A stretch of DNA of 64,000 bases from Gammaproteobacteria bacterium. GTDB taxonomy: Bacteria > Pseudomonadota > Gammaproteobacteria > JAKBBU01. Numbering within the stretch: the stretch's first letter is position 1; every line of letters begins with the position of its first letter. A model generated the notes under the pieces. It was not told the origin of the DNA. It made no database searches and saw nothing but the letters and a program-made list of their open reading frames with translations. A program made the position numbers and the translations under genes. This document shows, in pieces, positions 20,504-30,687 of the stretch. The stretch is from the NCBI GenBank assembly GCA_021773195.1, contig JAJFKN010000032.1:18644-82643 (forward strand), given 5' to 3'.

Positions 20504-20551
20504 TGCACTTCCCCGCTTTACAGAACATGGTTGTTACTACAGAGGTGTATG

Positions 20552-21367
20552 ATGGGCAAGGTTGCTGCGATTCAAATGACGTCGGGTCAGGATGTTCAGA
20601 CTAATTTAGCACAGGCGAGCCCCCTAATAGCGCAAGCTGTGGATAAGGGCGCGGAGCTGATTATTTTGCCCGAGATGTTTGGCATCATGTGTATGGACCA
20701 ATCTGAAAAATTAGTTCATCGAGAGTCTCTTGGCAACGGCCCTATTCAAGATTTTTTACAGTCACAGGCTCAGCAACATAAGGTTTGGATCTTGGGTGGT
20801 ACGCTGCCTTTACGTATCCATCAGAATGAAGAACAAGTGTATGCCGCTAGTTTGGTGTATAATGGGCAGGGTGAACAGGTAGCCCGCTATAATAAAATTC
20901 ATTTGTTTGATGTTTTTATCGAAGAGAGTGGCGAAAAATATCAAGAATCAGAAGTGACTCAGCACGGGGATAAGCTTTGTTATGTGGATACACCCTGCGG
21001 CCGTTTGGGGCTGGCGGTTTGTTATGATTTGCGTTTCCCTGAGTTATTTCGTGCCTTGGCGAAACAAGGCGCGGAAATTATTGCTGTCCCTTCAGCATTT
21101 ACTGTGCCCACGGGGAATGCCCATTGGCAATTGTTGATGCGCGCACGGGCGGTGGAAAATCTCTGTTATATGGTGGGTGCCTGCCAGGGGGGCGTACATC
21201 CAACAGGACGAGCTACCTACGGCCACAGTCTAATGGTTGAACCTTGGGGCGAAGTTTTGCAAGAATTGGATGATAAGCCTGGCTTAATAGTGCAAGACTT
21301 GGATTTAGAGCAATTACACAAACTGCGACGGGAGTTCCCCGCCTTAGATCATGTTCGGCCCCTTTAG
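20552..21367 (+). CDS. Carbon-nitrogen hydrolase (Nit1/deaminated glutathione amidase-like)
   Basis: LPE, YNKIHLFD, CYDLRFPE and ARAVEN; GAGGTG SD before the ATG. Confidence 0.92.
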   Translation: MGKVAAIQMTSGQDVQTNLAQASPLIAQAVDKGAELIILPEMFGIMCMDQSEKLVHRESLGNGPIQDFLQSQAQQHKVWILGGTLPLRIHQNEEQVYAASLVYNGQGEQVARYNKIHLFDVFIEESGEKYQESEVTQHGDKLCYVDTPCGRLGLAVCYDLRFPELFRALAKQGAEIIAVPSAFTVPTGNAHWQLLMRARAVENLCYMVGACQGGVHPTGRATYGHSLMVEPWGEVLQELDDKPGLIVQDLDLEQLHKLRREFPALDHVRPL

Positions 21368-21369
21368 TA

Positions 21370-22158
21370 TTAAGATCCAAACCAACAGTGAGCCGATTTA
21401 ACGTATTGCTCGCCTTTGATGGTGCGCCATAACATAGTGTCACCAATTTTTTGTGGGCACTTTTTATTGGTGGGGGTATAACTGTAATAAGAAGTCATAC
21501 TGAGAAAACCAAATTGACATTGTTGTGTGGGATAGTTTTCATAAGATACTTTGCAATATTGGTAACTGAAGTCATTTAAACTTGTGGCATGAATGGGATT
21601 TCGGGTTAACCAGGGGCCTTGACGGAACCCATAGCCCCGTATGGGATCGATGGTGACACAAGATTCTTTCTTTCCACCCGTGAGTTTATGTACATAATAA
21701 TTAGCTTGCTGTGGCAATAAGAGTGAAATCTTGGGGCCTGCCAGTGTGTGTCCAGCTGTATTCAGATTAGAGAGGTAATAGGCATTATGTGCCTGTAACC
21801 GAATAGGGTAGATGGTTTTCGCTGGGTAGCCAATATTTTGGCTAACGATATTGTATTGGCCGGGTTTGACGTAATAACATAACTGACCCGGTGTAGCTAA
21901 ATAGGTGTATTTTTTAGTATGGTCTTGTAGAAAAACATAAGAATCTACTTTAGCAGGGCAATCGATAAAACAATTTTGATTGTATTGAGGGATTACATAG
22001 AGAGTAGCATAGCCTGGTTTATTCTTTGCTAATACATTCGGCGTGTAGGTGTCGGCAATTTGACTAGCAGTTTTAACCGAAGAGTGTTTATAACAACCTG
22101 CCGTAAAAAGCAAAGTCATTAGGCAGAATAAGCAGACTAATAATTTAAGTTTGGCCAC
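21370..22158 (-). CDS. Hypothetical Cys/Tyr-rich lipoprotein
   Basis: Signal peptide ending TAGC; 262-aa ORF downstream of glnE. Confidence 0.65.
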   Translation of the reverse strand: MAKLKLLVCLFCLMTLLFTAGCYKHSSVKTASQIADTYTPNVLAKNKPGYATLYVIPQYNQNCFIDCPAKVDSYVFLQDHTKKYTYLATPGQLCYYVKPGQYNIVSQNIGYPAKTIYPIRLQAHNAYYLSNLNTAGHTLAGPKISLLLPQQANYYVHKLTGGKKESCVTIDPIRGYGFRQGPWLTRNPIHATSLNDFSYQYCKVSYENYPTQQCQFGFLSMTSYYSYTPTNKKCPQKIGDTMLWRTIKGEQYVKSAHCWFGS

Positions 22159-22215
22159 GGTAAATACAATTCCCGATTTAATGTGGGCTAATGTTAGCAG
22201 AATTACTTTGGCATG

Positions 22216-25032
22216 TCATGTGAAAGAGCGGGTATTACCAGCTTGATTAAACAAATCCTGCCATATTTTAATGACCGTTTCACAATATTCAGAAAATTGA
22301 TCTTTATCCAGCGCATGGGACTGCAGCATGGCATGATGTAAGGAATGGCGATAATGATCGTAAGCGTGTACTAGGTTTTCTGCTTGCGTTTCTTCAATCA
22401 ATCCATTTTTTCTAATGGCTTGAATGATATCTGTGGTAGAGGTTAAAGTGGCTAATTCAGCATGTTCATGGGCGTGTGCTAGCATAAGATATTGGGCAAT
22501 GAATTCAATATCGATAATGCCGCCTGGACACTGCTTTATATTAAAGCCTTTGTGCATTTTAGCGCGCATGCGTTGGCGCATAGTAATAATATCTTCTATT
22601 AACTTATCAGCTTGGCGCTCGTGGCGAAGAATCCTTTCCCGCATTCCATTGAAGGCATCCTGCATGTCTTGCGGGCCATAAATAACTCGGGCCCGCACCA
22701 ATGCTTGGTGCTCCCAAGTCCAGGCTTTTTCTAGTTGGTATTCTATATAAGCCGTGAAAGAGCTTACCAATAAGCCTGATTGACCCGATGGGCGCAAGCG
22801 TGTATCTACCTCATATAAAGTACCTGTTGGTAAACGCATCTGTAAAAAATGAATTAATTGCTGTGTCAGGCGAATGTAATTCTCTGGTGAGCTAAGGGAC
22901 GTATTGCCATCAGGTTGGCCGAAGATAAATACTAAATCCAAATCAGAATCGTAATTCAATTCATGGCTGCCTAATTTTCCATAGGCAACAACCATGAAGT
23001 CTGGGCAACGATATTCCTTGTGATTCATTTGTGCCAGTTGAGTGGTTTGTGTCACCAAAGCCGAGGCTAAATCACTCAGCTGCCGACTGATATTATGTAC
23101 AGAAGGGTTATTGATGATATCGTTAGCAGCAATTCGATGTAAATGAGAAAGTTTGCTTCTTCGCAAACATTCCAGCTGAGACTCGATGTCTTCCTGGGGA
23201 ATGCTAATTAAACTTTGTTGTATATCGTCTTGAATATTTGTATAAGTGAGTTCTTTGTTAAAGGCTTTTGGGTTTAATAACTCATCGAGCAATAAAGGGA
23301 ATCGAGCAATATGGTCAGAAACCCAAGGGCTTGAGCTGCAAATTTTAATTAAATGGTTTAGTGCTTGTGGGTTTTCCAGAAGTAAAGAAAGATAAGCACT
23401 GCGACGCATAATAGCTTCTACCACTCGCAGTAATCGCTCAAAGATTTCCGTGGGTTGGCGGGTCACATGCAATTTGCATAAGAGACGCGGCATGAATTCA
23501 TCTAACCGCAACTGTGAATCCCTGTCCATTGACCGGTAACGAAAGGAGCTATGCATGCCTACTAATAGTTGTTGTAATCGTTGATGGTCTTGAATATTTA
23601 AGCCAGTGAGCAATTCAGTCATTTGATCTTCAGAACACAACCACAGTTCTGTAAATTCTTTTAATAGCGGCAAGTCTTCTTCCTGGGAAGGGTTTTCTTC
23701 GCCAATCATTTGTTGGAAATGGTGGTGTATGCGAGTCATATGATATATGGTTTTGTCATAGCATTGTTCCCAGCTTTCCATTCCCATGGAAAAAGCTATG
23801 CGTGCTTGCTGTTGATGGTCATTGGGTAACTCTTGAGTCTGTCGATTTCGCAGCGCTTGCAAACGATGTTCTAAAATACGTAAATAGCAGTAACCTGCAC
23901 GAAGTTCTTTAACCGCGGGGGTAGGTAAGCTTTGTGTGCTATGTAGGGCTTGCAACCCTTTTAAAAAATTATGCGTGTTTAGTTCCTTTTCTTGTCCTCC
24001 ACGAATAAGACTAAAAGCTTGTACAATGAATTCAGCTTCACGGATGCCACCCATGCCCCGTTTGATATTAGCTTGAAGGTTTTTATTCTTAATCTCACTG
24101 TTGATAAGCACTTTTAATTTGCGCAAACCGTCTATGACACCATAATCCAAGTAGCGACGATAAACAAAAGCTTCGATTATAGATGCTATCCGTTGTTGAT
24201 AATATAAATCACCAGTAAGAATTCTAGCCTTTGTAAGGGCATAACGCTCCCAATGTCTGCCCTGTTGTTGATAATAATTTTCTAGGCTAATGAAATTCAT
24301 GGCCAAAGGTCCGCTCTCACCATAAGGGCGTAAACGCATATCGACACGGTAGACGAAACCATGGGTGGTGACTTCATGCAGGGTTTTTATTAGGGTTTGT
24401 CCTAGTTGAATGAAGAATTGTTCATTACTGGTGGATTTTCTTTGTCCTTGTGTTTCACCATTGCACGGATAACAAAAGATTAAGTCCACATCAGAACTTA
24501 AATTCAATTCTTCGCCACCTAATTTCCCCAATGCGATGATCAACATAGGGATAGCATTGCCCTTTGCATCACAGGGAGTGCCTAAGCGTTGACATTGAAA
24601 ATCATAAAGAAATCGGTAGCTTTGTTTCAGGATGACATCGGCAAGTTGAGTGATTTCCTGAAGAATAATAGGTAAGTCAGCCAGTTCATTAATGTCCCGC
24701 CATATAATTCGAATGGTTTCTTGTTGTTTGAATTCGCGCAATGCTTGCATCAATTTGGATAAATCTTGAATATTATTTAATCTCTTTGATAGTGCTTTAG
24801 ATAAATAATCCTGTTGTCTTGTCTCTTCAATTCCAGGTAGGATTTTGTTAAGCAGGTCCAAAGTCATCGCTTCAGCGGCATAATCGCTGGCTATGGCTAC
24901 TTTGACCCATTGCTGTAATACATTGTCACCGAAATTTAAATCGGAGATAGGCGAGGTAGCATAGTATTTCTTTACTAAGTCATGCAACGTTTCTGGAATA
25001 TCTGTTAATAGTGCTTTGGGTAAGGTGTCCAT
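22216..25032 (-). CDS. glnE: Bifunctional glutamine synthetase adenylyltransferase/deadenylase
   Basis: Two NTase domains: GKLGGEELNLSSDVDL..RVDMRLRP and GKLGSHELNYDSDLDL..VDTRLRP. Confidence 0.95.
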   Translation of the reverse strand: MDTLPKALLTDIPETLHDLVKKYYATSPISDLNFGDNVLQQWVKVAIASDYAAEAMTLDLLNKILPGIEETRQQDYLSKALSKRLNNIQDLSKLMQALREFKQQETIRIIWRDINELADLPIILQEITQLADVILKQSYRFLYDFQCQRLGTPCDAKGNAIPMLIIALGKLGGEELNLSSDVDLIFCYPCNGETQGQRKSTSNEQFFIQLGQTLIKTLHEVTTHGFVYRVDMRLRPYGESGPLAMNFISLENYYQQQGRHWERYALTKARILTGDLYYQQRIASIIEAFVYRRYLDYGVIDGLRKLKVLINSEIKNKNLQANIKRGMGGIREAEFIVQAFSLIRGGQEKELNTHNFLKGLQALHSTQSLPTPAVKELRAGYCYLRILEHRLQALRNRQTQELPNDHQQQARIAFSMGMESWEQCYDKTIYHMTRIHHHFQQMIGEENPSQEEDLPLLKEFTELWLCSEDQMTELLTGLNIQDHQRLQQLLVGMHSSFRYRSMDRDSQLRLDEFMPRLLCKLHVTRQPTEIFERLLRVVEAIMRRSAYLSLLLENPQALNHLIKICSSSPWVSDHIARFPLLLDELLNPKAFNKELTYTNIQDDIQQSLISIPQEDIESQLECLRRSKLSHLHRIAANDIINNPSVHNISRQLSDLASALVTQTTQLAQMNHKEYRCPDFMVVAYGKLGSHELNYDSDLDLVFIFGQPDGNTSLSSPENYIRLTQQLIHFLQMRLPTGTLYEVDTRLRPSGQSGLLVSSFTAYIEYQLEKAWTWEHQALVRARVIYGPQDMQDAFNGMRERILRHERQADKLIEDIITMRQRMRAKMHKGFNIKQCPGGIIDIEFIAQYLMLAHAHEHAELATLTSTTDIIQAIRKNGLIEETQAENLVHAYDHYRHSLHHAMLQSHALDKDQFSEYCETVIKIWQDLFNQAGNTRSFT

Positions 25033-25035
25033 GGC

Positions 25036-26673
25036 CTATCCTTTGGCCTGATTTTGAAAAAGGAACAAGGTCCCACGAATGCCTTCATCTTTATGTTTTC
25101 TTAAAATGGTATTTTCCATCTTCAGTAAACTAAAATGGTAAGTGTCAGCTAGCCTTTCAATGTACTTTTGACTATGGGAAAAGCGTGCAGTAGTCAATAG
25201 TTGATAATCTTCTTCGCCCTGATAGGTTTCTACGCTAAATGCAAAATAGCCCTCGGGTTTTAAGCTTTGTTCACAAGCAGAAAATACATCGGCTAATTCT
25301 CCGATATAAATAAAAACATCGGCGGCAATGATTGCATCAACGGGGGCATCTAGCTTTTTCATACCATCAACTAAGTCATCATAAATGAGTTTTGTGTAGA
25401 TTTCCCGATCGTAGGCCTTTTCTAACATTTTTGGTGACAGGTCAATACCTATGAGTGTGTCTGTAGTGGGGGCAAATAAAGCACCGCATAGTCCCGTACC
25501 ACAACCTAGGTCCAATAGGCTGGGCTTTTCTAAGGGTTCTAAATAGGGGGTGAGCAACTGCTGTAATTGTTCATGACCGTGGTAGTCTAATTTTTCCAAT
25601 AAATGTTGCTCATAATGATGAGCATAGCCATCAAATAAGTTTTTCACGTAATCCGTTGGAGCTGTATCAGGCGTTTCTTTTTGTTGAGTGGCTTTGAGCA
25701 TGTACTGCACTGACCTATTGTCAGGCTGGAATTGCAAAACTTTCTTGTAATGCTCAATAGCTTTTTCAGTTTCTTTCTCTTCGCAATAAAGATTAGCTAA
25801 ATTCTGATGGGCTTCGCAACACTCGGGGTCCAATTCTAAGGCTTTTTGATAATAACCAATGGCTTCCGGGACTTTTCCTTGGCGCATGGCTGTAACGCCT
25901 AAGTTAAATTGCACATCACTGACATTCTCTTCATATTCTTCAGATTTTTTTAAGTAACTTTTGGCTTTTTCATACTGCCCAAGGTCTAAATAGATAGCTC
26001 CTAAATTCTGCATGACTTCCACTAAGTTAGGCTCCAGTTCAAGAACTTTTTCATAGTGTTCAATGGATTTTTCATAATCGTGGACTTTTTGATAAAGTTT
26101 ACCAAGTTGGTAGTAAGCAGGGTAAAGCTCTTCTTGCTCTACGATGGTTTTATAGACTTCTATAGCTTGTGTAAGGTTATCTTGTCGCTGATGCAATAGG
26201 CCTAAGTTGTACCAAGCGCCAAAATAATCAGGGCGTAATTCGGTCGCGCGCAAATACAGGGCTAAGGCTTTTTCGTCATTCTCTTGAATGTAATAGACGT
26301 TGCCTAGGTTATTATATGCTTCTGCATATTCGGGTTCCAGAGCTAGGGCATTCTCGTAAGCTTGGATGGCATCATCGTATTTGCCTAAGGTTTTGAAAAT
26401 ATTACCAAGATGATTATGATAACTGGGTTCGTGGCTATTGCTTTTAATGGCATTCCGTAAGAAACGCTCAGCACTCATGAAGTCACGTTGTTGCACCGCC
26501 ACAAGGCCAAGCAAATGCAATGCATCGGGGTGGCTTGGGTGATTCTCGAGAATGTTATGGCAACACTCCACCACATTATCAAAGTCTCGTTCTTCAAAAT
26601 ATTCTGAAGCTTCGCGCAGATACTGGCTAGTTAGGTCTTGTGACATAGTGTATTGGCTTCTCGCGGTGAGCAT
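25036..26673 (-). CDS. TPR-repeat protein with C-terminal SAM-dependent methyltransferase
   Basis: About 9 TPRs; LDLGCGTG, AADVFIYIG and RFSHS; start may be 26646. Confidence 0.92.
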   Translation of the reverse strand: MLTARSQYTMSQDLTSQYLREASEYFEERDFDNVVECCHNILENHPSHPDALHLLGLVAVQQRDFMSAERFLRNAIKSNSHEPSYHNHLGNIFKTLGKYDDAIQAYENALALEPEYAEAYNNLGNVYYIQENDEKALALYLRATELRPDYFGAWYNLGLLHQRQDNLTQAIEVYKTIVEQEELYPAYYQLGKLYQKVHDYEKSIEHYEKVLELEPNLVEVMQNLGAIYLDLGQYEKAKSYLKKSEEYEENVSDVQFNLGVTAMRQGKVPEAIGYYQKALELDPECCEAHQNLANLYCEEKETEKAIEHYKKVLQFQPDNRSVQYMLKATQQKETPDTAPTDYVKNLFDGYAHHYEQHLLEKLDYHGHEQLQQLLTPYLEPLEKPSLLDLGCGTGLCGALFAPTTDTLIGIDLSPKMLEKAYDREIYTKLIYDDLVDGMKKLDAPVDAIIAADVFIYIGELADVFSACEQSLKPEGYFAFSVETYQGEEDYQLLTTARFSHSQKYIERLADTYHFSLLKMENTILRKHKDEGIRGTLFLFQNQAKG

Positions 26674-26827
26674 TGGGTACCCTGTGAGTGTATATCAGAT
26701 TGTGGGCTTTGATCCACAGGATGCTCTGAATGGCTGCACACATGGGGTTGATCGTCATTCGCTAGCATTGTAGCAATATCCCAGGCATTTCTGAGGCTAA
26801 CATATTGAAAGGTAAGGGAAAAAAGTT

Positions 26828-26857
26828 CTGGCACTCGGCGTTAAAGAGTGCTAAAAT
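26828..26857 (+). promoter_or_regulatory. CIRCE (HrcA operator) overlapping the rpoH promoter
   Basis: CTGGCACTC-N9-GAGTGCTAA vs consensus TTAGCACTC-N9-GAGTGCTAA; TGGCAC-17nt-TAAAAT. Confidence 0.85.
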
Positions 26858-26864
26858 AGACCTT

Positions 26865-27734
26865 ATGAATACAGCAAAAAGTCTACAACCTTACGAAATC
26901 TCTTTGCCCATGGGCAATATTGAGACCTATGCCAGCAGGGTTTATCAAATACCTGTACTTACCTTGGAAGAAGAGCAAGAGCTCACACGCCGTTGGTATG
27001 AAGAGCAGGATTTGCAAGCTGCCCGTCAATTGGTGTTGGCTCATTTGCGTTTTGTGGTAAAAGTAGCCCGTGGTTACATGGGATATGGTTTAGCATTAGG
27101 CGACTTGATTCAAGAAGGCAATATCGGTTTGATGAAAGCCGTACGCCGTTTTGAGCCCCAACATGGCGTGCGCTTAGTTTCTTTTGCTGTGCATTGGATC
27201 AAAGCAGAAATTCACGAATTTATTTTACGTAATTGGCGCATCGTTAAAGTGGCTACCACTAAAGCGCAACGCAAGTTATTTTTTAATTTGCGTAAAATGA
27301 AAAAGCGCTTAGGCTGGTTCACGCAGGAAGAAGTGCAATCCGTAGCCGATGATTTAGGGGTGACAGCCAAGGAGGTCTTGCAAATGGAATCCCGTTTGAA
27401 TGCACGAGACGCTGCCTTTGATGGTTATGATAGCGATGATTCAAGTGCCTCTAATGCCCCAGAAAACTTTGCGCCGGCCCAGTACTTAGAAGACCATAGC
27501 CAAGACCCTGCCAGGGTATTGGAAAATCAAGATTGGTCGACCCATGGACGTGACAAACTTTATCAAGCCTTGGAAGGTTTGGATAAGCGCAGTCGGGATA
27601 TTCTCACCAGTCGTTGGCTCAGTGATGAAAAGCCCACTTTGCATGATTTAGCAGCTCGCTATAGCATTTCAGCTGAGCGCGTTCGTCAATTAGAACAGAA
27701 TGCCATGAGAAAGCTAAAAGAATTCATACAGTAG
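26865..27734 (+). CDS. rpoH: RNA polymerase sigma-32
   Basis: RpoH box QRKLFFNLR and [15 protein letters not shown]. Confidence 0.97.
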   Translation: MNTAKSLQPYEISLPMGNIETYASRVYQIPVLTLEEEQELTRRWYEEQDLQAARQLVLAHLRFVVKVARGYMGYGLALGDLIQEGNIGLMKAVRRFEPQHGVRLVSFAVHWIKAEIHEFILRNWRIVKVATTKAQRKLFFNLRKMKKRLGWFTQEEVQSVADDLGVTAKEVLQMESRLNARDAAFDGYDSDDSSASNAPENFAPAQYLEDHSQDPARVLENQDWSTHGRDKLYQALEGLDKRSRDILTSRWLSDEKPTLHDLAARYSISAERVRQLEQNAMRKLKEFIQ

Positions 27735-27858
27735 GGGCTGTTGCAAACATCTATTAGCCTATTGATCCCATGCTATTAATAAACTATATTCTCCATTGCA
27801 CATGAAAACTGTTATGGTTTTCGTAGGATAACTGCGGTTGTGTTGCAAAGGAAAACGG

Positions 27859-29067
27859 ATGAACTCTAAAATACTCCCCCTGATTTTAATCGTATTAGTG
27901 GCTTGTTTAACTCAATTTGCCAGTGATATCTACACGCCTTCTTTGCCAGCTATCGCGAAAAGCTTTAATGTGCCTGTGAACTTATCTCAGTTAAGCTTGG
28001 TAATCTATCTTTTTGGCGTTGCCATTTCTCAATTGATTTATGGTCCGCTATCGGAATGTTTTGGTCGCAAGCCCATGTTGACCCTGGGGATTGTCATCAT
28101 GTTGGTGGGCAGTTTGCTTTGTATGTTTGCGCCCAGTATACACGCACTGATTGTGGGTCGAGTGATTCAGGGATTAGGCGCGGGTGCTTGCGCTGCTCTT
28201 TGGCGTACGGTTTTTCGTGATTGCTTTACTGGAGAGGAGTTGGCTAAGTATGGTTCATATTTGGCAATCTTCATCATGTTCATTGTGCCTGTAGCACCTG
28301 CCCTAGGTGGTTACTTTGAACATTACATCGGTTGGCGTGCCAATTTCACCTTTATGGCAATTTATACCATTGTTGCTTTAATTGCTATTACTTTAGGTTT
28401 TAAAGAAACCCATGCCGAAGCAAACAAATCCAGCATTAAGCTATCTAATATTATCAGTGGCTATGGTGAATTGATTAAAAGCCCCATATTTGTAGGCATA
28501 ACCCTGTGTGTGTTTCTTTGTTATGGCGCATTATTCGCCTGGTTAGCGGCGGGACCTGTACTATTGATTAAAACTGTCGGATTAACCCCTGTGGAATTTG
28601 GCTGGTTCACCTTTTTGGGTTGTGGCGGTGCCTATGCTTTAGCGGGTTGGTTCAATGGTCGCTTGGTGAAAAAATTTAGTATGAATAGCATGATGCGATT
28701 TGGTTGGTCAGTAATGATATTGTCTTCTCTATTGTTGGCTCTAAGTTATTTTGTTTGGGGCGTAACGGCGCTGGGTATTATGTTGCCTGGGGTGCTTTTT
28801 TACTTTGGTTCTACCTTTATATGGCCTAATGCTTTTGCTAGCGCATTTACGCCATTTGGCCACATTGCCGGTTATGCCGGGGCGCTTTATGGCTTTATGT
28901 TAATGAGTGGTGGTGGCGCTATTGGTATGATTGCAGCCCATATGCCCGATACCAACCAATTACCTCTGGCATGGGTGATATTCCTCACGGCTATTATTTC
29001 TTGGGTGCTTTACGAAATCATCGTTGTACCAAAGCTCAAGACCGATAGGGCAGAATCCAATACTTAA
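27859..29067 (+). CDS. Bcr/CflA-family MFS drug efflux transporter
   Basis: DIYTPSLP, GPLSE.FGRK and GWRANF; ~12 TM segments. Confidence 0.9.
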   Translation: MNSKILPLILIVLVACLTQFASDIYTPSLPAIAKSFNVPVNLSQLSLVIYLFGVAISQLIYGPLSECFGRKPMLTLGIVIMLVGSLLCMFAPSIHALIVGRVIQGLGAGACAALWRTVFRDCFTGEELAKYGSYLAIFIMFIVPVAPALGGYFEHYIGWRANFTFMAIYTIVALIAITLGFKETHAEANKSSIKLSNIISGYGELIKSPIFVGITLCVFLCYGALFAWLAAGPVLLIKTVGLTPVEFGWFTFLGCGGAYALAGWFNGRLVKKFSMNSMMRFGWSVMILSSLLLALSYFVWGVTALGIMLPGVLFYFGSTFIWPNAFASAFTPFGHIAGYAGALYGFMLMSGGGAIGMIAAHMPDTNQLPLAWVIFLTAIISWVLYEIIVVPKLKTDRAESNT

Positions 29068-29112
29068 AAAAAGCTTAAGGTAATGTAAAGAATGGGTTAA
29101 GAAATAGTTAAG
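29063..29112. promoter_or_regulatory. Five phased TTAA half-sites at 11-bp period (PmrA/OmpR-family-like)
   Basis: TTAA at 29064, 29075, 29097 and 29108; TAAA at 29086. Confidence 0.55.
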
Positions 29113-29157
29113 TCAGTGTATTTGTAGGTATTTAGGATCTGTTCTGGGATAAATATT

Positions 29158-29186
29158 TTGACATTTATCCTTTTGGTCGGTAGAAT
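29158..29186 (+). promoter_or_regulatory. Sigma70 promoter
   Basis: TTGACA-17nt-TAGAAT. Confidence 0.75.
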
Positions 29187-29353
29187 GGCAACCATAACAT
29201 CTAGGGAACATTTACTCCCTGATATTACAAATAATTTTAACCATAACATTCCATTCTTTGTTATCCATTAAATAAGCTATTTATGGTCCTCCCCTAATGA
29301 TGATATATCAGCAATGATTAGGAATTGTTATACCAAATTTTTAAGTAGGAATT

Positions 29354-30106
29354 ATGAAGAAAATAATCACCGCCGTTGCTATAGTCTCTGCTATTAGTGT
29401 TGCCTTTGCTTTATCCTATAAGACGAACGCCGATACACCTATAAAGCCACCATCGACAAAAACCGTTGCTCCAACCGTTGCTTCGAAAACTGCCTCAAAA
29501 GAGGTTAAAGCCATTAAAGCAGGCCAGATTAATCAACAGGCTATTCTAGATAACGCGCCTAAGTTAGATCCCAAAGCATTACAGCTAGCAGTCAATGGTT
29601 ATGAGTGGGCTGGGAAGAAGGGCGAATTAGGCAATCCTGATGTATTAACTGTTATTGATTTTAATCAGCCCTCTAATGCTAAGCGTTTATGGGTGATTAA
29701 TTTGCGTAACAGTAAAGTATTGATGAACCTCTATACCACTCAAGGTAAAAATAGCGGCCTAACCTACGCTAAGAAGTTTTCTAATGCCCATGGTACTGAT
29801 GAAACCAGCCTTGGGGTGTATAAAACAGCAAACACTTATGGTGGAGAGCACGGTTATTCCATGCGCTTGCAAGGATTAGAACAAGGCATTAATAATAATG
29901 CCATGGGGCGAGCCGTTGTCATTCACTCGGCCTACTATGCTACACCTGCGTTTGTTAAGGCTCATGGTCGCGCTGGTCGTAGTTGGGGTTGTTTTGCTAT
30001 CGACCCTGCACAAAGCAGGAGCTTTATCGATAATACGAAAGGCGGCAGTGTCATATTTGCTTATGCCACGCCAGAGCAAAAGGATCCTAACGTAAATAAG
30101 GCTTAA
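29354..30106 (+). CDS. Murein L,D-transpeptidase catalytic domain protein (YkuD_2-like)
   Basis: Signal peptide; VIDF..PS..KRL, FSN..G...TSLG, R.VVIH.A.Y and GRSWGC. Confidence 0.9.
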   Translation: MKKIITAVAIVSAISVAFALSYKTNADTPIKPPSTKTVAPTVASKTASKEVKAIKAGQINQQAILDNAPKLDPKALQLAVNGYEWAGKKGELGNPDVLTVIDFNQPSNAKRLWVINLRNSKVLMNLYTTQGKNSGLTYAKKFSNAHGTDETSLGVYKTANTYGGEHGYSMRLQGLEQGINNNAMGRAVVIHSAYYATPAFVKAHGRAGRSWGCFAIDPAQSRSFIDNTKGGSVIFAYATPEQKDPNVNKA

Positions 30107-30687
30107 TAAGAACGGTAAAATTCATAAAGTCTTATTACTGATGTTAATAGTACAAGTCCAGTATATAACAGAGCGATAAAGGCAAAAAAATGGGGCAGCA
30201 GGATTAAGGCGATGAAAAAGCCGAAAGCCTCTGCCCTTTCCATTATGCCAGGACTGTAATGAAAGCCTTTAGATGAATCATTAAGGGCAAACACACCTAC
30301 CACTAAAAAGCTTGTGACACATAAAAAAGAGCTCCCTAGCATCAGCAAGCAATATAAACCTCTCCCTGATGGATCCATGAGGAACAATCCTAGGATAATG
30401 GACAACTCCACTAATCTATCCATACAGATATCTAGTGCGCAGCCAAAATCCGATGACTGACCTAATAATCGCGCAATGGTGCCATCTAGAGTATCACAAT
30501 AACCTGATACCAAAATTAAAATAATGGCTAAGAGCGTTTGATGAAAATACAAGGCTGGAATAATGAGTAAGCCTAACACCGCGGCTATAACGGTGACGCA
30601 ATTAGGGTGGATACGGAATTTAATGCGTTCAGCTAATGGTGCGACAAAAAAACGCTGGTAGTGATGGCGTAGAGTATTTTCTATCAT
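30103..30687 (-). CDS. CDP-alcohol phosphatidyltransferase family (YnjF-like)
   Basis: D.LDG..AR.....S.FG..LD...D motif. Confidence 0.9.
   Translation of the reverse strand: MIENTLRHHYQRFFVAPLAERIKFRIHPNCVTVIAAVLGLLIIPALYFHQTLLAIILILVSGYCDTLDGTIARLLGQSSDFGCALDICMDRLVELSIILGLFLMDPSGRGLYCLLMLGSSFLCVTSFLVVGVFALNDSSKGFHYSPGIMERAEAFGFFIALILLPHFFAFIALLYTGLVLLTSVIRLYEFYRSY

Noticed and set aside
26829-26845. Sigma54 promoter (TGGCAC) upstream of rpoH
   Set aside because: No TTGC at -12; the sequence is explained by CIRCE
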